A stretch of DNA of 64,000 nt from Eledone cirrhosa (Eukaryota). Below are positions 13,672 to 24,622 of the stretch, one piece after another. The notes beneath the pieces are model-generated. The model had not been told where the DNA came from. It saw only the letters and a program-made list of their open reading frames with translations, and ran no database searches. How positions within the stretch are numbered: the stretch's first letter is position 1; every line of letters begins with the position of its first letter. Made by a program: the position numbers and the translations under genes. The stretch spans positions 33,232,001-33,296,000 of the forward strand of contig OZ024749.1 of NCBI GenBank assembly GCA_964016885.1. Reading direction: 5' to 3'.

Positions 13672-14777
13672 AGACCCTTCTATCCAATTAGTTCTAACAA
13701 GATGGGAATCTAGAACATTTCCATTTAACTTAGTATAATCATTTAATTATCAAAATACATTCATTTTATATATATTTATATACAAGTCCCTGGTACAATT
13801 GGGAGTAACCACAGTAAGTAAGGTACTTAATACATTAGTAGAGTGTAAACATCAAGTTTAATATAGAAATGGCTTCTATGAGACTAGAACTGTTCCATTC
13901 AAAAGATATCAGGAAAGCGCTGATGATTTCTTTTGAATGAGAACAGCTGTAGTCCTGCAGAAGCCATTTCTATATTGAACTTTATATATATATAGATATA
14001 TTTATATATATATAAAGTACTTGTAAAACTAATAACTTTTTTTTTTCTTGGTTAATCAATTTCATTATTACTGAACTATACAATGAATCATCAAAAAATA
14101 TAAAAAATATAAAGAATTTTTTTTAAAAATCGTTTCATTTGAGATTGAAGTAATTTCCAGTCTCTCGCTGTTCGTTTGGAACACTCCTGAAGAGAAGGAA
14201 AAGACCAATTCATGGGGTAAGTCTATTATCAACGGCTTAGATATTGGAATTAAATAAGGGAACTGTAGAAAGTCCAAGTCATGGTAAATTCTTAAAGAGA
14301 ATGCCCAAGAGAAAAACAACACAGGAAAACGAGTGACCAATAAATAGAATAAAATACAAGCTCCTTAAAAATAAGAATTTAGCCAGTCCTGCTGCCTATT
14401 ACAAAGGGGAGAGAGGAAGGCACTATATTACAAGAAGCATAGAACACAAGGATAAGTGCACTGGTAACAATATCAAAGAATGAAGGGAACATTGAATTTG
14501 TATTTTTTTATATTAACCTTACCATTATTTACTAAATCACCCAATCCATCCAAAATGGAATATATTTCCAAAAAGAAAAGGTAAGACTCAATATCTAAAA
14601 GTGGTGGTGTGTGTGTGTGGGGGGGGGGGGGGGGGGGGGGGGGGGAGAATCAAATTCCAAATAAGATTCAGGAACATATTTAATTTAAAACAATTTAATC
14701 TAAGCAGCTTTTTTGTTTATATTATATTTTAATCATCTTAAATAGATGTAAAATTTAACATAACTTGTTAGTATTTT

Positions 14778-14940
14778 TTATACCAACTAGCCCACAACTT
14801 GCCCCTAGTTCTATATCAAAAGACTACAATTTTGATAAGAACTAGACCACAATTTGTCCTTAGTTCTACATCAAATGATTACAATTTTGATACCAACCAG
14901 CCCACAATTTGTCCCTAGTTCTTCAAAGGATTACAATCTA
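14778..14940. repeat. Three tandem ~55-bp copies of a family 3 MITE end
   Basis: gataccaactagcccacaatttgtccctagttct...caaaNgattacaat repeated. Confidence 0.7.
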
Positions 14941-16624
14941 AATAATCTTCCAATCTTCCAAAGAACAGTTTTTAAATTATATTATAAATACCACCTTAAT
15001 GAAATTATTTGAGCAAATCCTTCCAAATTCTACATTAACCCTTTCGATACCAGCCTTTATAACAAAAAAAAAAAAAAAAAAATGATTTGAAGTATTCATA
15101 TTTAAATCAAAACTTTATATCTAAGCAGCTTTTGTTAAATTATATTTTAACTCACAATCACAAGGCATCTTACCATAGCCTCGGGTTGAACCAAGCCAAG
15201 CAAGTGAAATTGGGCACCTGTAATTTAAAGGTTTGGCCTAGTCACATTGCCATGCTGATTTGGCTTAGACATTACATGAAGAGTATACATTAATTTACAG
15301 ATTGGCTTAATCAGTTCAATAAACAACTGAATGATGACCATCAGAAGATCCATCATACCGAAGTGTTTTATTTTAACAGTTTCTACCATTTGTTTGTATG
15401 GAAATGAATAAAATGGTTAACATACTGAAGTGTAAAATTTAGGATATTGCTCTTATTCTCATTTAGGATGTTTTAACTAAACCCTGTCTTTTCAATATTC
15501 AGAGATTTAAACTTGGGGGAAGAAGGGAAGGGAAGTGAAAAAAAAAAAAAAAAAAAAAACAATCGGTTCTTAACTTTACTAACAAACTACAATATATATT
15601 TCAGACTAAACAAAGCTTATCAGTTTTTCTGCAATCACTATGGTAGCAAAAAGGTAAAATTTTCTATTTATGAGAAGATAGGAAGGAAAAGGAGACGGTT
15701 TGCAAAATTATTTTTATGAAAGAAAGAAATCTAACACAGAATTGGATCTGAGATTACTAATAAATTATTCATCAAATCTAAAAGTTAAACTGCTTTGCTG
15801 AAAGCAAAGCTAAACCCTCCTCCCCTATTAAGCTAAATAACCTGAAACGGGTTTCAAAAACAATTTTAATCCTCAAAACACCTGAAGCATGTTTACTTAA
15901 TGTTAACCTTATTAATTAGGTTTAATTTAAAAAAAAAAAAAAAGAAAAAAAAAAAAGAAACAATCATCAAGTACTCAACATGCAAGCAAACCTGTGATTG
16001 GATTAGAAACACATTAAAAAAAAAAAAAAATCTGCAACTAAATGCACAAGACAAATTTTTAATGGTCTATCAGAACTATAAAAGCCAGCCAGAGATGGCA
16101 ACTTCAAAACATAACACATGCGATAACAGGGCTCCCATGCAGATTAAGTTATAATAGATTTAGGTTTAAAGCTTATAAACTAAACAATCCCCCAGCCATC
16201 ACTTCCCAAAGACAAAAAAAAAAAAAAAAAAAAACTGTTCTAAGCAATTCAAGAAAGGATTGTCATGGCATCTGTTCCACTGAGAACAATCTACAGATAA
16301 AAGTCAGGTGAAAAGAAAAAAAAAATACAAAACAAAACAAAAATCAAATCAAATCCAAAGAGCAAAAAAAAATCAACCTAGAAATGAAAAGGCGAGGAGA
16401 GCAGTGGGGGGCCAGGAATAATGACTTGAGGCAATAAGACTGGCAAAGGAAGAGCCCAAGGAGGGTGAAAAAAACAGAGTGGGGGGGAAGGGGGGTAAAA
16501 TTTAAGAAGGGATAGAAAAAGTTGCAGGCTAGAGACAAGAGGGCAGGTGCAGCTAGAGTGAATCCTAAGCTGTCAGAAAAACCATGACACACAGCTAAAA
16601 CTGCACGGCACTTCCCAAACTTAC

Positions 16625-16739
16625 GGGTGGAGGAAGGTTGTGCTGCCGAGGCGGGTGGTTTAGAAGTGTCACGATATGTGCCGTTAATGATAGCTAGCTC
16701 CATGAGTTGTCGCTTCTTTAAGTCATCCTCTCCTTCGGG
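16625..16739 (-). CDS. QKI: Quaking exon 5b, QUA2 copy B: PEGEDDLKKRQLMELAIINGTYRDTSKPPASAAQPSST
   Basis: ctttttcag acceptor, ACCC|gtaagt donor, 115 nt, phase 0-1, in frame with the downstream exons. Confidence 0.95.
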
Positions 16740-16803
16740 CTGAAAAAGGATCACAAGGAACATAGTTGTAACAACATGACTTATCAATAGATTACGTACA
16801 CAG

Positions 16804-16809
16804 CATGCA
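16804..16809 (-). promoter_or_regulatory. Rbfox element UGCAUG in the 87-nt intron between exons 5a and 5b
   Basis: Exact TGCATG about 17 nt downstream of the 5a donor. Confidence 0.55.
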
Positions 16810-16826
16810 CTATTTAGCAAACTTAC

Positions 16827-16924
16827 GATGAATGGATGAACCAGTTTTGAAATCCCGGGTAAGTTCCATTTAAGATGGCAAGCTCCATTAATTGCATTTT
16901 CTTGAGTTCATCCTCCCCCTCCGG
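16827..16924 (-). CDS. QKI: Quaking exon 5a, QUA2 copy A: PEGEDELKKMQLMELAILNGTY, then RDFKTGSSIH if one extra C is removed
   Basis: tttctttcag acceptor, ATC|gtaagt donor, QUA2 peptide. Not in the ORF track. 98 nt as given; 97 nt would match the phase-1 end of copy B. Confidence 0.85.
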
Positions 16925-16954
16925 CTGAAAGAAAACAAATGGGGTGCAGGGGTG

Positions 16955-16978
16955 ATTAGAAGCGAAGAACAATTAGTA
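16955..16978 (-). promoter_or_regulatory. Bipartite Quaking response element (UACUAAU-N13-UAAU) overlapping the predicted branch point of exon 5a
   Basis: Transcript reads TACTAATtgttcttcgcttcTAATcacc. The CTAAT branch-like motif lies about 31 nt upstream of the acceptor AG. Confidence 0.65.
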
Positions 16979-17694
16979 AGTGGAGGGGGAAAAGTAGGGC
17001 AGCATCGCACAACGAAAAAAAAAAAAAAAAAAAAAAAAAAATCTAAGTATACAAAAACTAAACTACAAGTAAGGCTGAATAGAAGCAGAAGTCGTCAGCT
17101 TCTCACTAAACTTCACTAAGCCAAGTAATAACATTCCAGAAGACATCTAAGCTCAGACTATTATCAGTGTTGGCAGTGATAAGAAAAAGCCAGGATAGTG
17201 ATTACAACAACCAAACTTTTTTTTTTATTTCTATTTATTTATTTTGTAGAAATTAGACATCCAATTATAAGTTGTTTTTTGTATTGAAATACATCTAAAC
17301 TGAACGACCAGTAGTAAAATTAGTTCTTCCATCAGAAAGAAAGCTCATATTACAAAGATCCCCACTTTTAAGATGTGGTGTATTAAAGAAAAAAAAATCA
17401 TTGTCTTTGTCTAACAAAGTATTTATTACCTAGAGCGAAATGAAGCAAGAAGCCCCCCCCCCCCCCCCTCACCTCTACAGAAAGTCTACAGTAAGCTTTT
17501 CAGCAGGTTTTCAACTTGGAACTTGCACATAAGACATCCCAAGTATGATCCCCCCCACCCCCCCAAGATTCTTTTAGTACTTAACACCTACTATGACCTT
17601 TAGACTATAGAGTAAAAAAAAAAAAAAACATGGGTTAACCTTTTTGATACCAAGCTGCCCTTTCTTCTACAAGACAAAGTAATATATTTTAAAT

Positions 17695-17741
17695 TGTATA
17701 TATTCATCTAAATGTTCCAAACATTTAGATGAATATATACA
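17695..17741. repeat. Perfect 22-bp hairpin with a 3-nt loop
   Basis: tgtatatattcatctaaatgtt-cca-aacatttagatgaatatataca. Confidence 0.85.
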
Positions 17742-19079
17742 TTTTATAGTGAAAAAGTTAGTTATATTAATAAATCTTTCCAATTTTTTTTATTAGTTTC
17801 CAAAATGTAGGCAGTGACTTCCATAGGCCAACTATTTCATCCATGTAGTGGTTTTGAGCCCGATATATCAGTCTGACATTGCAATGAGGGCTAAATATGT
17901 AGAGAAGCTAATAAGATGCCAGTCTTCAACCCATATCCAATCACCAGTGATATGTACATGTCAAAATGTTTTTATTCCAAATGGACTCAGTTTGGCTAAC
18001 TCAGCAGGCATCATGGCAGCTACAGTTACAGTCCACGAGTATAAAACGAAAGAGACACTATAATCATTAAATCTTTAATTGGCAATCGTCTGAAGTAAAA
18101 TTTGTAACATCCCCAAGAGAAATGTCTTAAACTAGCACTTTGGAAAATAAATTATGGTAAACTGTGGTAGGAGCAAAGAGAACTCAACAGCTGATGCATG
18201 CATACATGCATCTCAATCTTATAGTCTGGTTTAATTCCACTGCGTAGCATCTTGAATAATTGTTATTTAATAGCTTTGAGTTGAACTAAGACCTGTGTGG
18301 ATAGAAAACTGTTTCAAAGCCTGTCAGGTGGACAAGACCTATATTTCAAAGTGCCTACTTTGTCCCAAACTGTGTCAGGCTGAATCTCACTGAGCATCAC
18401 CTTCAATGTTAATTTCATAAACTGGCCGTTTCATTGATTGAACAACTGGGTCATTGTTGAAACAGACAGAGGTCTAGTCCACACACAGAGACAGAACAGA
18501 GAGCTGACAGAACTTCCTAGAAGGTTGGCAGTAAACAGAAGATGCAGATGGGATGAAATTTAGGCAGTTCAGCAAGGATTTTGCACCTGAGCCATGATTA
18601 AACAGTGCTAAAATATTCAACACCACCCATCTAATGGTATGCTATTCTAATACTTAACGAATGTGAGATCAATTCTCAGACAAACGAGGGATCAATTTAT
18701 TGGTCTAAAGATGGTTTTGACAGTGTTGTAAAATATTAAAATGGACTGGGTCTTATAGACTTTTTCATTTACCATTCCTTCTTCTGTAGGGTCTATATTG
18801 TTTTTTGCACTTTCCTCCAAGCCTCCTTAGCAAAGCTAAGTTTACAGTGGAAGAAGGACTGGCTAAAGTTACCCAGTATACTTTGTACATGTTGGGAATG
18901 AGTGTGCTTATTAACAAACCAGCCTTAGCTTTTGCTTTTATAGACAATAGATTGGGCTACTACTTCAGAGCATAAAGTTGATATATGTCTACTTTTATAC
19001 TGCAGTGATTACTGAGCTCAGACCAAGTCTCAGCACACAGTTTCTTAGCTAGGAGGCATCAATACCTTTTGTTTATCGG

Positions 19080-19203
19080 TTGCCATGTTTCACAATTGCT
19101 CCTGTCTGTTGCCATGTCTTACAAATGCTTCAGTGTAGCCATGTCTCACAAATGCTTCTGCATAGCCATGTCTCACAATTGCTTCTGCATAGCCATGTCT
19201 CAT
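19080..19203. repeat. ~27-bp tandem repeat (about 4.5 units)
   Basis: gccatgtctcacaattgcttctgcata repeated. Confidence 0.85.
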
Positions 19204-21459
19204 GATGAAATCAAGTACCAATGAAATATTTAAGACAGTACAGGGGTGTTTTATACAACCAGTCCTAAGTCATGGAAGACACCACACTCACCTTATTAGA
19301 AAACACTTCTCCAGGGGACATGTCTTCCTGAAGGTAAGCAATGTTGTAACAACTTAGTTCAGCAGTAATCAGGGCTGTTCTCCAGTGAGGTTTATCAAGG
19401 ATGCTACATGAGTAAAGTTGTGATGTTTATGTTAATCACAGTAGTGGAATGACTGATATCTGGTAACCTATATCCCAAACCTGCCAACTCTCCTCATCTG
19501 ACGGGGGAGATCTCCAGCCCACTTTGAGGTGGGCGAGAGGTCTTCTGTTGTGAAAATGAATATAGCTTTCATTATGTAAAATCTCCCCATTTTTCCTCAT
19601 GTCTCACTGGTTTGAGGCACTTCTTTTCATGATACTCCTCATTTTAGGTTTTCAGAGTTTGGCAGGTTTGGTCTGCTATCCAGGTAAGTGATCGACTGGA
19701 CAATCATCAGGCCAACATTGTGTGTGTCAGTGTGTGAGAAACTGACTGTTTAATGCAGTTAAATATCTTCATTTTATTCATATTTATGGAGGTCAGATTT
19801 ATGACATTGTCAAATTATTTAAAACTGTATTCTCAGTGGTGGTGGCAGTGTAGTATCTGAATTCCCTACGACTATTGACATGAGCATGTGTTTGTATATG
19901 CTGTGTACAGCACATATCCATGTATATACACACACACACACACACTCAAGAAAAGAGGGAAGATATTTTAAAAAAATCATTGATTTGCATAAAAAGATCT
20001 AGAGATATGAATAATGGAACCATATCAAGTGTGTATAGATATAATATTGGGGGGAGGAAAACAGCATGCATTTTTTTTTCTTTATAAGTGTGAGGAGATA
20101 AGGCAAGTGTGTTTCAGAAGTGTGTGGGGATGGGGAGAAAGGGGACACAAAAAATACAAAAAAAAAACAAAAAAACATGCAATAGAGAATACTATCTAAC
20201 AGGAAAATGATAGATTGAACCACAAGTTCAATTTTTAATATCATGCATGTTGCTGCTGAGGAATCATTTTTTTTTTTGCAATTTTTAAAAAGGAAACAAA
20301 CTTTGGAAATAGATTTATATATTTTTGGGGTTTTTTTTTTCCTACTGAATAACGTTATATTACGTAAGTCAGACCGACAACACATTTTTTTAGTTTTAAA
20401 AATCACAACACTGAAGCAAGTGTGGATGGGTGGGAAAGGGGGTTTAAAAAAAAAAAAAAAAAAAAAAAGGTGTTTGCAAATATATCACATTGCAGGAAAA
20501 AATAACTGAAGCAATGGGGAAAAAAAAAATGAAAAAATAAAATTACAAAAACTTTACTGAAAAATGTACCAAAGTGTAAAATGAGACTTTTTTTTTTGCT
20601 TAAAAAGAAATTAAAACAAAAAGCAATTTGCACCCTGTGAAATTGGAAAGAAAGAGAAAAAAAGAGATCACCAAATATATAATTTTAGCAAATAGAAAGT
20701 GAAGTGAAATAAATAAAAAGAATTTGGTAAGGTGGAAATAATATGAAATATAAAACAAAGCTTTACACCTATACTTTGGGAAAATCATGCAAGAACCTTC
20801 CAGAAATATATATACATATATATACTATATACATATACCATATATACATATATTATATAGACATATATACACATATATATATGTTATATAATATATATAT
20901 ATGTGTGCAACACACAATATAGATTTACTTACATGTTTGGAATCAAGCTGATTGTCCTTCCTCGAAGCATGTAATAAAAATTGTTGCAGGATTCTTAAAC
21001 AATAGTCTTAGAAATCTAATACGAGCAAATATCTTATTTACCTAAATAATTTATTTCCTCTTAGAAGAAATAAATAAATTTTTTTTCTTCCTTGAATTTC
21101 TAAATACACCTCCAAACAGACATTTCCACAAAAAAAAAAAAGAAAAAAGAAAAATAAATAAAATAAAACACCATCACACTTGCCAAATACTATTAAACTT
21201 ATCCATATTCTTTTACCGAGCTCAGTCATTGAACTGTGTACATACTGGGGCTTAACCATCACATACTTAGTTGTTTATAATCAACCAACCCATATATTTC
21301 AAATCTGTAAATCATAGATATAAAGGGGAAGGGCACAACACACCCACCCAACCAAGAATCACTCATGGTCAAGACAAATTACAGGATTTCCAATGGCTTA
21401 ATGAAGAAAGAGCTGTATTTTTAAAGGTTCTTTTCTTTATAATAAAATCCTATCATGGT

Positions 21460-21990
21460 TGAGGGCCTCAGACAAGCACCAATTTGCCAGGAAGCCTCGT
21501 CCAGTTCTTCATGTCACCTCTAGCTCTTTCTTTTGCTTGTGAACCAGTATTCCATCCACATAGCCCTCAAGGATGACGCTACAGAGGTTCTAGACACTGA
21601 TAAGGAGGTCCAAATATTGCAATTTTTGCCTTCTGACAATCACCAACCTTCATTTTGTTCCCACCTTCCTCCTTACTGAATCATTCATCCTACATGCCAC
21701 CCAACTGATCCACCCTTTTCTTCTGTAGCATGTCATCTGAAACCTTCAGTTGTTTGGTGTCAGCCACCCTTAGGGTCCATGCTTCATACCTGTACTAAGC
21801 TACCAGCCATACCTAAGTTTATAGAAATTTCAATTTGACGCTTTTGTTGATGCATATCTTTCCATATACTAAGAGACTCACAGGCTGATCTTCCAGAATC
21901 AAACCTTGCTCTGATTTCCTGGCTGCAGTTTGCTATTTGGTCAACAATGGAGCCCAGGTACTTGTAATAAACACTAAAACCAAAACTTCC
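21460..21990 (-). mobile_element. RTE-clade LINE 3' fragment (decayed RT C-terminus)
   Basis: YKYLGSIV...CSQEIRAR...IWKD, then remnants of WTL, RRQKLQY and ILEGYVDG, with frameshifts. Confidence 0.75.
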
Positions 21991-24085
21991 AGTCATCATG
22001 TAGAAGACCACTTCAACTACACCACAAAGGCAACTCTTCATAGGTGAAAATAGCGCCGTGTCTCCCGACAATTTAAGGTACCTAAGGTAGAGGAGGTCTA
22101 CAGCAAGTTTTCCAGAAAAATTCACGTATCAAATACAACAGTCCTAATGTTAAGCAAAAGGTCTAAAAGAAACTAGGTTTCTATTGTTTGCACTTTCAGT
22201 TGGTTGCAACTCCTGGCAGAAGTATTATAGCTTTCTCAGTGACAGGAAGATGAGATATGGATTTAGAACCACAGAGCTAGAAGAGATACTGCAAAGAAAT
22301 CCCACTTTTTAACAATTCTGCCTGCCAAGTGACTGCCCATGAATTGGTACTTTAGTTATTGACCCAGAAAGGATGAACCATGACAGGATTTGAACTCAGA
22401 ACTAATGTTGAAGCTCTAACAACTGCCAATTCACTGACCTAAGACAAGGTGGAGCACAAAACTAAGTTTCAAGAATAAACAGTCAATGTCTTCATTTGAA
22501 TACTTAATGGATATACTAAGAGAAACTACTAACTAAAAGAGATCATTGGGATGTGGCCATGCTGGGGCAGTGCTTTCAACCTAGATGGGATTTCACCACA
22601 GAACAAACAGCCAAGTTATTATTTTGTCTGACACTGCTGGTTCTGCCATCCCTCTCTCCATGATGTGAAATGGAGAAAACATTGGTAAAACTTTTCAAAA
22701 TTTATTCAAGTAGTGTTATAGACAAGAAAGCTTGGAAAATAAGAGTACTACTGAGGTGCTAAAAGGAGATGTGGTGAGAGATTGGTGAATACAGAAAACA
22801 AGACAACCTCCATGGTTTCACAATGAAATACATTCAGTATTGCCCCCCACCCCAAATAAATTGGGTGATGAACAAACCAAGACAATGTAGGGTAGGAAGG
22901 ACCTTTTGGTCTTATTGCGGACATGGCAACCTCACTAGTGTTAGTACTATGATAAAATAGTACCCAGTATACTCTGTAAAGTGGTTGGTGATTGGAGACA
23001 ATATAGAGTAGAGAGGACTCTACATTCTCGTTGAGTCCATGATAACCTCTAGAGGTTGGTGCCATGATAAAATGCATCCAGTACCTTCCTGGAAAGGGGT
23101 TGGTGTTAGGAAGGGCACTCAGTTGTAGAAACCTTGCCAAAATATGAGATGTATGAGCAAGACGTGGGTCTCAGACCTACCAAGTGTTGGATTGCGACCA
23201 AACCAGGCCAAACCAGTATGGAAAGTATATGCAAAAATGATGAAACAAATATAATAAACCAGATAGATGACAATGGGAACAACTTTCAAATTCTGATCAT
23301 ATAAAGAACAATTGTGAAATAAACTAGCTAAATCAAGTAACGAGTCGGAAGAAAAGAGAAACAAAAGAAAAACTTAGTAAAATTTTCACAGATCTGTAAC
23401 ATTGTTTTCCTTGTCACTGGATACAATTTAAAAAAAATATGCTTAACAGAGGGAGGGAGAAAAGGGCCTTTAGAAATATGAAAAACCTCTTAAGTATAAT
23501 AATAATAATAATATTTCAGATAAGTAAAGAAGCTAAGGTCATGCATTTCCATATTAGAGATCTTAGAACTGACAAGCAAATAGTGTGTTACAAAGAAAGA
23601 TATGCATGAATATTATCACTGCTGCACCCAACCCCATCAGATTTGGGGGTGAAAATTAAAAGAAAGAAATTAGTTTTTTTTTTTTGTTTTTTCACTTTAA
23701 TCAAGCAACAAGAAAAAATACTAGTTTGCTTATTAGCTTAGTTAGAACCCTTTCCATGCTGTAATGAAAATTTAGTCACCAGAAAGAAACACTAGTCTTG
23801 TAATACAGATTTGCCATTGGCTTAGTAAATCAATATCATTATTTTTATTAATAATTACATTATTATTATTATTATTATATCAGCAGTCAAAAATCAAAAC
23901 TAAGCAGAATAAAGCATTTTTAGAACCTACTGTTTTAGAACTAAAAGATATCGCTTCTATAGCCCACCACTCCACCCTCAGAGACCCTCAGTTTAGGAAT
24001 AATACCCATCTACTCAAAACCAACTTAAAAAGACAATTATTATTATTATTATTATAATTATTATTATTATTACTGTTTTACTTAC

Positions 24086-24229
24086 TGCTGGCACCAGTAG
24101 TCGTTTCACTTCTTCAACAGCCTTCTGTAACTTGATTTCTGCTCTGTTACGTGTGTCTTCTACAGTGATGAGTACATGTAAATCTTCATTCAAGTGTTCC
24201 CAGTTTAACTTTCCCCGATTCAACTCCTC
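24086..24229 (-). CDS. QKI: Quaking exon 4, KH domain C-terminal half: [48 protein letters not shown]
   Basis: acacag acceptor, GCA|gtaagt donor, 144 nt, phase 0-0. Close match to [28 protein letters not shown]. Confidence 0.97.
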
Positions 24230-24419
24230 CTGTGTAGTAGCAAAAGCCAAAAGCCATTGAACGAACAGTCAAGAAGCCCAGCAAAAAGTCAAAATGTTAT
24301 TCCAGCACACTCGGTGCTGTTTTCAATATACCGGCCATAGATAGGTTGGAGGGGGGGATCAAGAAAGGTAGGACTAATATTTTGAGTTTCAATTTTAATT
24401 CAATAGGCACCAATGCAGT

Positions 24420-24622
24420 TTAACCCATTAGCATTCACATTACTCTATATTTATTATTGTATTTTCACAGAAAAGGCTTTATCTCGCATCGAATCTACAA
24501 GATTTTGATATTAATTTTAAGAATACCTTAATGTCGGTATGAGCAGCCAGTTATGACCAGATTGAACAAAGAAGTGAGAGAATTCTGGCTGGATATGGCC
24601 GGTTTAAATGCTAAAGGGTTAA
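24420..24622 (-). mobile_element. piggyBac-type MITE family 1, opposite orientation
   Basis: TIRs with TTAA at both ends. Other reverse copies near 40093-40259, 42655-42851, 52435-52644, 54466-54750 (interrupted by a SINE piece), 61587-61753 and 62578-62782. Confidence 0.9.

Noticed and set aside
18640-19000. Possible LINE remnant
   Set aside because: No motif I could assign with confidence.
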